The translations under genes were made by a program, and so were the position numbers. A stretch of 64,000 nt of DNA from Monocercomonoides exilis PA203. Taxonomy: Eukaryota; Protista; Preaxostyla. The stretch covers positions 558,001 to 622,000 of the forward strand of contig LSRY02000038.1 of the NCBI GenBank assembly GCA_001643675.2, given 5' to 3'. Of the stretch, positions 1-12,371 are shown in pieces. The notes beneath the pieces are model-generated. The model saw only the letters and a program-made list of their open reading frames with translations. It was not told the DNA's origin and made no database searches. The number at the start of each line of letters is the position of its first letter. Positions within the stretch are counted from its first letter, which is position 1.

Positions 1-79
1 AATATTTATTTTTTTCTGTGTTAATCATCATCGAGTATAATCACAATCTGATATAGTCACAAAAAGTTATGCAAAAACC

Positions 80-107
80 GATGTGATTATATCCGGTTAA
101 GACTGTA
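80..107. mobile_element. Probable right terminal inverted repeat of a pogo/Tigger-like element whose body lies off the left edge of the window
   Basis: Ends ...ATATCCGGTTAAGACTG|TA, i.e. a CAGT terminus plus TA, typical of pogo-family elements. TATAATCACA (36-45) is the reverse complement of TGTGATTATA (82-91). The partner end is not in the window. Confidence 0.4.
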
Positions 108-333
108 TTACAGAATATGGAAAACATGAAAAATTCAAAAAACACTTTAAAATAGGAAAAACACTTAATTAGAATCGAAATTTTCTTCAATTTTCTTTGT
201 TAATTTTTGCATTATGATGGTTCAAATTTATTGTCTGGATAACATCGTTTTTTATCTCCTTTCTAAATGTTCTTTTCACTATTTTCTCCAACGGCAATTC
301 TTCTTCTTAAATTTCTTTTTCTTTTTCTTCATG

Positions 334-1736
334 TCATTCTATTAATATCAATTGTTTATCATTATATTCGTCCAGTTCAAAGAGACACTTTTCATTTGTT
401 TTTTCTTTTCCGAAAAAGTCGAAACAATGTAAATGAGAAGGAATGAAGTATTGAGAAGACTGAGGAAGCATCAATAGCAGAGATATAGAACCATAACTGA
501 GGACTCCACTGTTGATTAAGGCTTTTTTGTGACTGATGGGTAAATGTGGTGTGAAGGGATTGTGGCAACACATCTGCAAAAGCTGTTCTTTTTGAAAATA
601 AGGAGGTGGATGATGGAGAGCTGTAATTGTTTAAAAGCTCTGACTTCAACACTGCAAATATGCCTCTGTCCAGCAGCTGCGATATGTGTGTAGTGTGTGG
701 AACGAAGGTGATGACGTCAATTTCCGCTTCTTTGAACTGTCTCCATATAGCTGGATCTGCCCGTGATGAGTGAGAGTCCAGAAGAAGAAAGCAGTAATAA
801 GATACTTTTTAAATTCGCTTTCTTCTGTCAATGAAAGCTGGCAGCAGGACTGCAAAGCCGTATTTTAAAATGATGTTTTATCCATCCAGCCTTTTATATT
901 TGGTTGAATGTCAAGCGACGGTGCAAACAGCGTTGTCAGTTCTTTCGGAAGATTTGCGCTCGGCCACAGCACAACAGACGGAAGCGAGAAGCCATCAGCA
1001 GCGATTCCAGCAACGAGAGTGGCATTCACCATCCGTTCGGCAGTCTTTTTGAAATTTGTTTGTTCATTAACGCAATCAAGAACAACGCCACACGAAGAAG
1101 TTCGAATGCTAAGCGAAGATTCATCGACGTTGAAGATTAATTCTTCTGGATATTTGTTTTAATCGTTCATTGCTTGCAATTCTGTATACCACGGCTTTAG
1201 GATTTTCTGACAAGATGCTGCAAATCTGTTGATATCAACTTTCTTTGGTAGCGAAGACTTCAGTTCCGGATGTCTCTGCATGAAAGCGTAAACTGTCTTC
1301 AAAGTGACTGTCTTTTTCTTCTTTTCTTCATTTTCTCCTCTTCTTCACTGTCGTTATATATATTTTCCATCAAAATTCAAATTAATATACAATTCAAATA
1401 TTAATTGCAACCCTGATCGCGCGTTTTTCGTAACGCAAGGCTTGTCCCAGATCGAGATTAAATTGAAACTTCTTCTTAGAATTGTTTTTCTTTTTCGCGG
1501 CTAATATTTGGTGAGTGCCCAACTTTTGCTACCGGTCTGTTTTTTTTAATAGCTTCAACAGCATATTCGAAAGTTTTCTTGCTGATTCTACTGTATTTAA
1601 CTCCATCGATTAGTCTGACAACATTATCATTCACAATTTGTTCAATCCTTTCCAATCTTGAACTTTATTTTCTGTATCGAAATGTTGACATTTCTTCCTT
1701 CAGCCACTTCTGTGCTGCATCAGTTTTCTTTTTCAT
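334..1736 (-). pseudogene. pogo/Fot1-like DD35D transposase (DDE_1, Tc1/mariner superfamily), disrupted
   Basis: Manual translation of the - strand gives FMQRHPEL, IFNVDES (D at 1123-1125), GIAADG, KGWMD, LLLDSHSSR (D at 776-778) and FVPHTTHISQLLDRGIF (D at 668-670). There are exactly 35 residues between the 2nd and 3rd D. Several in-frame stops and a frameshift near 875; the 3' boundary is approximate. Confidence 0.85.
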
Positions 1737-1820
1737 TTGAAATCTCACATATATGTATATGGTAATGATCATAAATTGTATTTTTTATTTATTTATTCTC
1801 ATAGAAAAATATTTTTATAA

Positions 1821-2055
1821 ATATGGGTGATAATTTCTGAAATCATTTTTTTTCGATCAAAAATATCGGTCCAAAAGCATTTCATGAATATCATTATAAA
1901 AAAAATAGTATTATCTTTGATTCGGTAAATACATTTGTTTTTAAATACAATTATCATGCTTTTTCTCTTTTGAATTAAATTTTTCTTTCAAAAAACAAAC
2001 ATTATTCGAAAGATCAACACCTCGAAAAAAGAAATGATTTCAAAAATATTCACAC
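1821..2055. mobile_element. Degenerate ~230-bp MITE with ATGGGTGA(T/A)...TGAAATCA ends
   Basis: Left end GGGTGATAATTTCTGAAATCATTTTTTTTC matches the reverse complement of the right end GAAAAAAGAAATGATTTCAAAAATATTCACAC. Segment 1932-2050 is visibly homologous to 59908-60026. The same end motif occurs at ~2297, ~21838-21863 (reverse) and ~46383. Confidence 0.55.
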
Positions 2056-3123
2056 TTTTTTTTGTTTATGAATGAATAAGAAAAATATTCAAACATTTGA
2101 ACAGACCGATTTCTCATGAAAGCAAAATGAAACAACTGCTTTTCAACTTTTCTTCATGAGAAATTGGATTTCAATCAAAATATTAATGCACATATTCACA
2201 TAATAATAATTTGAACCAAAATAAAAAAGAAAAAACAATTTATAAGTTGAAAGAATATATTTGCAACAACGAAAAAATAGTAAGTATAAATGTTGATATG
2301 GGTGATTTTTTTTGATATCATAAAAAATTGCGACGTTTGATCATAAAAAATTTTCATTAAGGGTAGGTTGAACTGAAAATATTTTTGTTAAATAATGTGA
2401 AAATATTGTTTAATATATTGTTAATATTTATTATTTGTTGATATTAAATTTGTTTCCAATTGTTTTTGTTACAAATTTTGAAAAAAATAGAAAAAAATTG
2501 TTAGAAAATATCGATAATTCAATAAATAGAACAAAACAAAAGTTAACTGGTTTGTTAAACATGAAAACGATAATAACAATACGTAATCAATCAATTTTTT
2601 ATATGAAAATAAGTTTTATGATGTTATTGCAAAGAAATTTAGAAATTGATGCTAAAGATATAAAAGCATTTATTGAAAAGCGAATAATTTTCATTAACAC
2701 ATATGGAGAAATATGATGGAAACACATAACATTTGTCGAATAAACTATTGTTTATTGTTAATAATTGTTTTTAAATTAATACTTCTTGAAATTAGTTATA
2801 TGAATTAATTAATCAAAGCTATAGAAAAAAATTACAAAGTAAGAATAAAAAAAAGAAGAAATTCATTGAATTATTTTAACAAAAAAAGCCCACAACTATT
2901 ATGACCTCATCTTTTTTATCCTCTATCCTTTTTTTTGGCATTGCCACAGTTGCTTGGAGAACATTCCATTCAACTATTTTTCTGAATATGCTTCTCTGCG
3001 CCATTTCTTCCTCTTCGCAAATCACTTTTTAAGCTGGACAAATATGTCTCGAAGTTTCATTGAATTCTTCAACAGTCTTGCTTCATTCAGTGTCAACCTT
3101 GATTTGAGGATGCAAGGGTGACT

Positions 3124-6100
3124 TTAGAAAGTGTAGAAGATGGTTTTCGGGCTGATAACAATCAGCTCTTCGAGGCTGGTGCTATGCGAGTTCGAAACAC
3201 TGGACGAAGTGGTGATCACGTTGTTTTCAAAGATTAAGTGCACCGGGTGTGTGATTGTGTGTGGGGAGAAGGGGAGCGGAGACGGGAGATGTGCAAACAT
3301 CGCAGCGAGGTGAGAGGAGGCTAGCGAGGCCAGGCACAGACACATGGCTTGGGTTGCGGTGTGTTCTTGGGGGAGGTTGATGCCACCAGGCAGTTTGCCC
3401 TCGAGCATGTGGTGTTGGCGGTGGTAGATGCAGTCCATTTCAACTGAAACATGCCCAGCGCCGACCTCCCCCTTTCATTTTCAACCTCCACTTCGCATCC
3501 TTTCCTTCACCCCATCCATCGCCTCCCACTCCTCCCACCGACCCCGACCTCGATGTCGGCCTCCTCCCCTTCATCACATTTTTCCGCGCCTACCAGATAT
3601 TCTTCAATCAGGACACCGATACCTCTCACCGCAAGGTCAACTCCCTGCTTGACCCCTGCGACTTCATCTCCACAACTGTGTTATACATCTGCAGCTCAAT
3701 AGAAAACAACCTCTGGATTTGCCCACTCTTCCCTCTTCTCCCTCCTCGAAGGATAACCAGCTGCATCCTCCTCCCTCTTTTCCGCAGCCAACAAGCCTGC
3801 CCATCTCATCGAATTCCTCTTTTGTTCTATCCGAGAAACCCTTCGCCTCTTCAACTCATCTGTTTATTCCCTCCACCTCACCTGCCCAGCTCTTCGTGCT
3901 CTCCCCGATTCCTATTTCTTTTTCTTTGATGCCAATCTTTCCATTCTTAGAACTGTTTCGCCTGTGCTCGTGCTCGACGATGACATCAGCAACTTCGTTG
4001 AACATCTCATTACCACGGATCTCGCCTTTGGAGGTTTCAAAGTTGTTATTCTCATCTTACTGTGAAATCAGTCAATATGCTTCTTCAGCATGATACATTT
4101 CGTCTTCCCTGCCATCTCGCTCGACAAGCTCTGTTGCAGAATGCATGCCGGCAACTTCCAGCACACCAGCAATATCCTTTCCATTTGTATATTTTCCCTC
4201 ACGGCCAGCTGCAACCTCATCTGCTTGATATGTCAGAGCACTCAATTTTCCTTTGTTCGAATGAGGAGGCGGAGTCATCTTTCCAGGCGCATCTTTGTGG
4301 CTCCTCAACTGTTGATTCACTCGGCGCTGCATTAACAATCAACTCTCTCCTCAGCCTTTCGTATCGATGCTTTCAGGCTTTCGTGTTAAGGAAGAAACAG
4401 ATGAAACGACACACCTTGAAATCTATCATTCTTAACTCTGAGAGAAAGAGAGATAAGAAGGGGATTTGGGAGAATTGAAGAAGGGGAAGAAGGAGAATGA
4501 AAAGAAGAAGATGAATCGAGTTGTGAAGAAAAAATAAGAGGACGTGGAAGAGAAAGTTGAAAAAGAGAATAAGAAGAAGAGGAAGAGGAAGGATAAGAAG
4601 AAGAAGAAGAAAAAGAAAAAGAAGAAGAAGAAGAGGAAGAGGAAGAGAAAGAGAAAGAGGAAGAGGAAGAGAAAAAGAAGAAGAAGCAGAAGAAGAAGCA
4701 GATATGCTTGGAAATGGTAAAGAAGGCTGCGAAACTTCAGCTTCACTACTATTAGCAGAAGAAATTGAAGAAGAAGCCGAAGCAGAAGAAGAAGTATCTT
4801 CTTTGTTTGTTTGCTGTGTTTGTAAGTTTTCTTTGTATTTCACAAGATATTTATCAAACAGCGTGCTTTTCTGCAAAGGAGTAGAAGAAGAAGCAAAATG
4901 AGCTCTCAAATTAAACATCGAAAAACGCCTTCGCATTTTCGCTTCGCTTTTGCTCCGAATATTTTTGTTCTTTTTAAACGCAATTTTCTTCTTGTTCTTC
5001 TATTTCTTTTTCTTTTGTTGTTCTTTTGAAGAAGACAAGTTTTTTGAATTGTCATCTTTTCCTTCTTCTGCAGCTGAAAATGTGCTTTTATTGGGAAACA
5101 CATCTCCAAAGCTTCCAAATAGAACAGCCTGCCTATCAAAATACAGATCATCTCGAATCGACAGCTCCTTCATCATCCAAACAACAAGAGGCGATTCAGC
5201 ATTCTCCTTCATCCACACCTTCCTCTGCTTCGCTCCGCTTTTGAAATTCGATTCGCTTCTCTCAATCTTCTTCTTCTTCAGATATGAAACAAACGCTTCT
5301 TTCTTCTTCTCAGCCTGCTCCATTGTCTTCTTCGAGATTTTCACGTTTTTTCTCATAGTTCTCATTCTTTTCCTCCAGCTGCAACTTTGTCTCCTTCTCT
5401 GCCTCTTCCTTCTGTATCTTCTCAATCTTCCACTGTATCGCTTTCTCTTCCTCAATTCGTTCTATGCGGTTTGGATTAGCCGTCGATTTTTGTTCAGGAT
5501 AACAAAGTGAGGAAGAAGAAACGGGATGCAATATTTGATTGGTGAAAGTTGGGGTATTGGTGGAAGAAGGAGATATTGATAACTTTGAAAAAGGATGTGA
5601 AAGTGATGGTGATGAAGAATGTGAAGCATTGACAATATGATTGTTATCAGATGGAATTTGTGAGGATAGAGAAGAAGGTTATGACGATGATAAGATTGAA
5701 GAAGAAGAAAAGTTTGTCGATGTCGTTTGCTGAGGAATTGACTGAAGAGTCTGATTCGGTCCAATTGACGTTGTGTTAACAACATTTTGCTGGTAAAAAG
5801 GCAAGCTTATAATTCTTTCTGCTTCTCTTTCTCTTTCTTCTCTCAGCTTCCTTTCTTTGATTCGCATCAATCTTTCGTCTATTTCCTTCTTAACCTTCAT
5901 CAAATACTCCTTTCACCACATCCTGTCTTTTTCTTCCTCCTAAAACCACTTGTCATCTCAAAGCGCATTGTGACATATAGATATTGGAATCAGTGTTCTT
6001 TCTGGTGTCAGCAACGAATATAGCGAAAGAAAATCTGTGTTCTTCTTCTCCTCTTTCCTCCTCTTCCACCCTTCCAGCGTGGCAAGAAGGCTGCTTCGTG

Positions 6101-7450
6101 GAGCCTTTGTGTGTTTGCTGGCACTTTGTGGAGAAATCAATGATGAAATCTGAGGGGAAGATGAAGCAGATGCCTGTGATTGAGAAATAGATGAGGTAAA
6201 TGCTTTGTTTGAAGTTGTTTTCTTTAACCAGAAGAAATAATCTTCGTCTTCTTGGAATAGAACCATGTCATCTTTGCTGCATTTCTTCCCTTTCAGCTGC
6301 TTTTTTTTTTTTTCAAATTCTTTGGATAGCGGAAAAACTTCTAGCCGATCAGTGAAGAAGAAGATGATGATGAAATCACAGAATACGTGTCACGAGCATG
6401 TTTGCCTTTCAACGAAGCTGATTTCGACGCTTCAGACTTGCTGCAATTCAGCTCGCTTTTCCATCTCTCTTTTTCCTCTTTATCTTCAATACAAAACTGT
6501 GCATTTCCTCTTGTGTTTGACTTCGTTTCATTCTCTCCTGCTGCTTCTGCTTTCCGCATTTGTGAAATTAAACTCAAAATCTCTTCGTCTGCCACAACTT
6601 TTCCAAACAATTGTTATTTTTCGAAGTATTAAACTCGAAATGATGTTCTGCTTCCAACAAATGACTCCAAATGGATCATTCTATCAACTTTTCTCTTTGA
6701 AGTTCCATATTTCTCTGTCAATAAATATTTCTCATGTTCAATTCTTTTTCATCTTTCTATTCCTCCTTCATAACCTTATGAGCTTAATAATGTGATTCCC
6801 TCCCCTTTTCCAGCTTCTTTTCCACATTCACCCTAATCTTCCCTCTCCTCTTCCTTTTCCTGCTCTGCGCTGCTTCAATCGATTTCATCTTCATCTTCAT
6901 TTGTTTCTCAGTTAAAAGCGGGATGATGCTTGAATTCTGGCTGAACCAAGATGTCTCCACACGCTTCTGCCCATTCCTTTTCACGCTTTTCCACAACTTC
7001 ACCCAATAGAATGCCATGTTCTTCTTCTGGAATTGTTTATGCTTTCGTCCACCATCTTTAAACTTGTGCTCTTTGAATTGAGACTTCTGCTTTTTTTTCA
7101 TTCCTTATTTATTCTCACCTATGAATATTATTTTCTTCTCGTCTGCCCTTCTTCACTCCACCCTTCTCCTTTGTTCTCTTGCGCTTTCTGCTTTCGATTC
7201 TAATAGAACTTTCTCCACACTTTCTCTCAACATTTTCTCGAAAGAATCATCTTGCTCATCAACATTTTGTTCCTTAAAGCTTCCATCTCCACCAACTTTC
7301 AGTTCAGCTTTGTCCTTATCTCCCTCTCCTTTCTCCACTCCCTGCTCATCTTCATCTTTCTTGCTCTGTCAGAAGAACTTTTCCAAGATTTAATGTAATT
7401 CTTTTCTTGACTTTTCAATCTTTCACACAATGCTTTAGTTCTGTGACATT
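3124..7450. pseudogene. Mosaic of decayed gene fragments (Ser/Glu/Lys-rich hypothetical proteins, mostly - strand)
   Basis: Coding-like composition broken into many short ORFs by stops and frameshifts; no recognisable domain. Confidence 0.4.
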
Positions 7451-7568
7451 TCACATTCCTGACACACTTCCTAATAAAAAATTTAAATTGATAATTTGAT
7501 AATAATTTCATATCACACATAAACAGCAATACAATAATTGATTTTTGTATATTTTGTGAATTAATAAA

Positions 7569-8127
7569 AAAAACAAACTTTGTCAAAAATGAACGACAGT
7601 TATCAAAGTCACATTGAATAGTCTTTCTGTTTGTATCATCAAAAATTGTCGATGAGTCAAATAGAAAGACTGGTTTCTAAACAAATAGGTCAAAATTCTT
7701 GAATTAATGAAAAATTACAACGATTTGTTCCAAACCTTTTATGCAGCTTTGTCGTTATATGTCAAACGTTCTCACATATTAAATATATAGAATAACTGTA
7801 GAATAATAAGAAAAATCTTCGAAGACAGTGCATGGGAAACAATTCATTTCATACAACACTTCATCCCAAATAAAAAATATGTTGAAAAACAAATTATTAC
7901 CAACTTTTTCCACTAACAGATTTTCAAAAAAAAGCATCAGACATGTTTATTATCGTTATTTATTCACACTGAGCAAAATAGATCATGGTATTCTTAGTGG
8001 CGCCATTAATAATAATTTGTATTTTTTATGATCAAAAATTTCAAAAATTTTTCAAAATTTTTTATTTTTGTTTCATTTTATTTGTGAATATTATTGCTTT
8101 ATTAATGCAAACAAGTCATCCAAAATT
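7569..8127 (+). repeat. Left inverted repeat (559 bp)
   Basis: Reverse complement of 13213-13771; similarity continues with mismatches to ~8147. Confidence 0.93.
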
Positions 8128-8327
8128 AGTTTTTATTTTTTTATTGTCTATTTTGTAATTAAATATAAATTCAAAATTTTTATTTATTTTTTGAGTTAAA
8201 AAGTCTTTATTTGTAATTGTTTGTCGAAATTTTTTTATTGAAAATTCAATAAAAGTGATAAAAGTTGAGTTGTCATTTTTATTATTTATTGATAATAATT
8301 CCATAATAATTTGTAATTATCAAAAAA

Positions 8328-8859
8328 ATGTCATTTTCAAAACAAGAGTCAACTTTAAATTCACGATGCAACGTTCTGTGGAAAGAAATCCAACGCATCG
8401 GTGGAGATGACGTTGATTCATTGCTCGTCTATCTGTTTTACAACTACAGAAAGTCATCTTCAGTTATTAATGATTTACTGAAGTCCTTGAATGGTTTGGA
8501 CTTCAAAATTTTTTGATTGTTTATAACTTTTATTTATCTATTATTATATTAATTTTAAATTAATATTTATTTTTTTACTTTTATGAAAACTTAGAATATT
8601 ACGAAATACTTCTGAAAGATCTCTCAGTTGTGTACAAGCACGCACAATTGCACACGCAAACGATGATCCTGCAAGCACTGACGCGCAACGCATCATTATC
8701 TGAGCTTCTGGACTATGGATTTGATATCACAGAAGGAAAGTTTAATTATGCAAAACAAACTCTTACAAAAAACCAGGGATTTTTAATACCAGCTCAATTG
8801 CCTCACCCGCCATCATGCAAAAGTGGTTTGTATTTCATTTTATTTATATTTCAATTTTC

Positions 8860-8894
<35 letters not shown>

Positions 8895-11800
8895 GTCTTA
8901 ATGAACAAGATTGGGAAAAGGGCAACAATTGGATGTTGGCCCATTCCACAGAAGCATCAACGTCATTGCAATCAGCCAAGAAAAAACCAAAAAAGGTTCC
9001 AGATTACGAGCAGTTCATTGAGGAATCTGCATGGGATGATATCATAATTACAGAAAAAAATAACACAAACAAAAAACTATCTTCGTCATCGAAAAAGACA
9101 AATCAAAGTTACAACAACGCCAAGCTCATTCCATCTGTGAAAACTTCTTCAATAAATAATTCACCTTCTCAAACAGTTAATAATCCAATCAGCACTCCAC
9201 TTCATGCTGAAAGAAAGACAACAAGAATTAGACAAAGAAATTCATTACATCATCGTCATTCTTCTCCATCACCGATTCCAATTCATCAACTTTTCAAAGA
9301 AAAAACTACCATATCATCATCATCATCATCATCCTCCTCATCCTCCTCATCATCATCACCATCATCATCATCACCATCATCATCATTTTCATCCTCATCT
9401 TCATCCTTATCCTTATCTTCACCATTATTATCATCGTCATCTTCATCCTTTTCTTCTTCTTCCTCATCTTCCTCATCTTCATTCCTTTCCTCAGCCTCAA
9501 TAACTTCTCGGACTTCAGCCTCATCCTCAATCAGAAAGAAAAAGAAAAAAACAATGAATACTTCTCCAGTTGACAAAGCAGCTTCATCTTTTTACAATGA
9601 AAATATGTGGGTTAGTTGTCAACTTATGGAATATGTAACTTCACCCACTCTTATTCCTCCACGTGCATTCCAGAATCTTTTCTCATCTTTCACAAAAGAG
9701 AACAACACTTCAACACAACCACAAAATTCACATTCCATTTCAAGAGATTATTCAACAAATATTGATTCATTTATTTCCACTTCATCCCAATCAACAGTTA
9801 ATGTTTTAAAACACATATCGAATACACCATCAAAAACAGCAAAAGGGTTAGCAAATCTTGGTAACACATGTTATCTTGCCTCTCTTCTTCAGTGTTTTTC
9901 TTCAATCACTTCACAAAAACCATCAGTCATTTTAAAACAACAATCAAACAAGACTTTATCTTCTCAAATTTTGAGTATTTGCAATCAAATCCTCAAAGAT
10001 GGAAAAAAAGTACATTCATGGATCCCATCAATTGTTAGCAAATGGGAAAAATTTTGCAGATACGGAAGCAAGCAGCAGCAGAATGTATCAGAAGCATTCA
10101 ATAATCTTCACAGACTTTTCGAAAAAGATGGATTGATAAAGAAAGATTGCTTTTGTCCTGTTTTGATTTCTCATTTCAAATGTTTTAAATGTCAAAAACT
10201 CACATCACACATCGACAACATCAACAATAGCATAATCATCAATTCTTCATCAACTCACAATGGTTTGTCTTCTTTGTTTTCAACTGAAATACTAGATGGA
10301 AAAAATAGTGTGTATTGTGAAGAGTGCAAAGAAAAATGCTGCATTACTCGGTGGGAGGAAATGATTTCATTTCCAGAGGTACTAGCCCTCTCCCATGAAT
10401 GCACTGATCCTGCTAGTTCTCCACCTTCTCGAACACTTCTAATCGAGACTGATATGTCGAATAAACGTTCATTTTGCAAAGGATTTGCAAATGAATATGA
10501 TTCAACATTTCACAAACACTATAAAGAAACAACATTCTATCATTTCATTGGTCAAGTTCTTCACAAACAGTTTGATAACAGTAATGGTCATTACATTGCT
10601 GTTGTGGAAAGAAAGAAAGGAATTAGAAAAATGTGGATCACCTGTAACGATGATGATATTAAACAATTTGATAGTGACAATTGGACTAAGACTTGGAAAG
10701 AACTTTACGCACAGGGTTTCACTCCTTCACTTTCATTCTACGTAAAAGAAAACTCACTATCTACGTATCCAACTATTCAATTTGGTGGTTCCTCTATTTC
10801 TTCCTCCTCTTCTCAATCTTTAAATATCAACAACACAAACACAGATACAACTCCATCATCATCGTTTATCACACCACCACATCATTCTTCTTCCATTCCA
10901 CAACTTTCTTCATCAATAACATCTAACTATGGATTGGAAGCACTAAAAGAAAGAAGAAAGAAAACGGGCATCTTTTCTCCCAATGAAAAGAGATTAATCT
11001 TCAAGCCCAAGACTAAATTATGGAAAGAGTTTTCCGAAGAAACAAATATTAAAGTTTCTTTGTCACACTTCTACAAACTCACTACCAACTTCTCCAAAGC
11101 GAAAAGGCGGACAGATCTCTGCGGCATGTGCGAGAAACTCAACTATCTGGAGAATAAACTCAAATCTTCACAAAACAAAAATGGACTGTCTGAAGCAGAG
11201 TTTCATACACTTAAATTACTTCGTCAACATCGTCTTGTTGCAGAAATGCAACGAAAACATTATCAATCAACTGTTGATAATCTGAAAGAGGGAGAAGCAG
11301 TCTTCGTCTTCGACTTTAAAGAAAAATGGAAACTCCCTATCAGAAAAAATCAACTTCAACAAGAATTCTTCAATTATCAACAAGTCTCTCAATTCACAAT
11401 CATCTCTCTTCAAAAAATTAATAATCAACAAATAAAACGAACTTTCAACTTCTTCTCCGACTGCCTCTCAAATGATCACAGATTTGTTATTGAGTGTCTG
11501 GAATCTGTGATCAAAAGACACTTCTTCTCAGACACTCACACTTTTAAGTTCTTCTGCGATTCTGGTCCACACAACCGAAATCGCTTCCTTCTTCACTTCA
11601 TCCTCTCAAAACAATCAAAACTTCTGAAAAAGAAAAATACACAACTCAATTTCTTCGCTGAGCACCACGGAAAGAATATATGTGATAGTGAATTTGGTGC
11701 GTTAGTGAATGCAATCGACAACAATCTATCTACTGAACACATCACTACACTTCATGACTTAATCAACTTCTTCGAAAACAATATGAATGTTTCAACATCT

Positions 11801-12073
11801 GTTTCATCATCTTCACAATTGAATATTTTAGAATCATCCTCATCAAACAACTCCCCATCGTCATCATCTATCAAGGAGTGTGTGCATGAGAGGTACTTTG
11901 AAGAGTATGTACCATCTCAGCAAATTTCATGGCCATCACTGTCAGTCCCTCACATGAAGGACTATTTGTACTTTGAGCGCAAGGGCTCATTTGTCTGCGC
12001 ATCTGCTGTTGGATATCTTCCTCAACGCTCTCTGGTTGCCCTCGAATCTTCAACAATGAAAGAAAAAGTTTAA
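8328..12073 (+). CDS. Spliced Sola-like DDD transposase with an internal ubiquitin-specific protease (peptidase C19) domain
   Basis: Exons 8328-8493, 8595-8825 and 8895-12073, with GT-AG introns 8494-8594 and 8826-8894. USP region ~9845-10750: Cys box GLANLGNTCYLASLLQCF, QQQNVSE, Zn ribbon CFKC/CEEC, His box HxxxxxxNGHYIA...WITCNDD. Transposase core: TDLCGMC, FDFKE (D 11312), CDSGPH (D 11558), FFAEHHGKNICDSEFG (D 11684). The frame stays open after TAA 12071-73 until 12229. Confidence 0.88.
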
Positions 12074-12233
12074 CGTTCAAGAAAGTCATTTCACTCTGAT
12101 ATCACATCATCTAACTCTTCTCTTCTTTCTCAATCTTCTCAAGATCTTCTTTCAAGAAGATTTGATCTTCTTCTTGACTCTTCATCTTTAAATGAATCTC
12201 AAAATTGTATTAATGGTGTCCCTTTTTAAGAAA

Positions 12234-12371
12234 CTAGTTGTTGTGTATGCTTAGCTGGCACTCTATCGGAAGGGTGCTGGACATGACTGTTCGTATTAGA
12301 TATTGCAGCCTTCGGGCTGCTTTATCCGGACCTGGATACGACGAACAGCCTCCCAGGTACACAATAGTTAG
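12234..12371 (+). ncRNA. Candidate structured RNA element (multibranch, cUUCGg tetraloop) 3' of the transposase
   Basis: Five nested helices can be paired by hand: 12234-47/12358-71 (14 bp), 12255-64/12271-80 (10 bp), 12287-94/12341-48 (8 bp), GCAGCC-TTCG-GGCTGC at 12305-20, and 12323-28/12333-38. The G-U wobbles favour the + strand. It is a GC-rich island in AT-rich DNA. Confidence 0.6.

Noticed and set aside
7828-8031. Identical 67-aa ORFs at 7828+ and 13512-, and identical 65-aa ORFs at 17933+ and 20863-
   Set aside because: By-products of inverted repeats and the MITE core; non-ATG starts and no coding signal.
8826-8894. Poly-Phe hydrophobic segment in the 1147-aa ORF
   Set aside because: It is a 69-nt GT-AG intron read through by the ORF finder.
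12234-12371. Hammerhead ribozyme, SECIS, tRNA or Fanzor omegaRNA identity for the structured RNA
   Set aside because: The core motifs are absent and the adjacent protein has no TnpB/RuvC motifs, so it is left unassigned.
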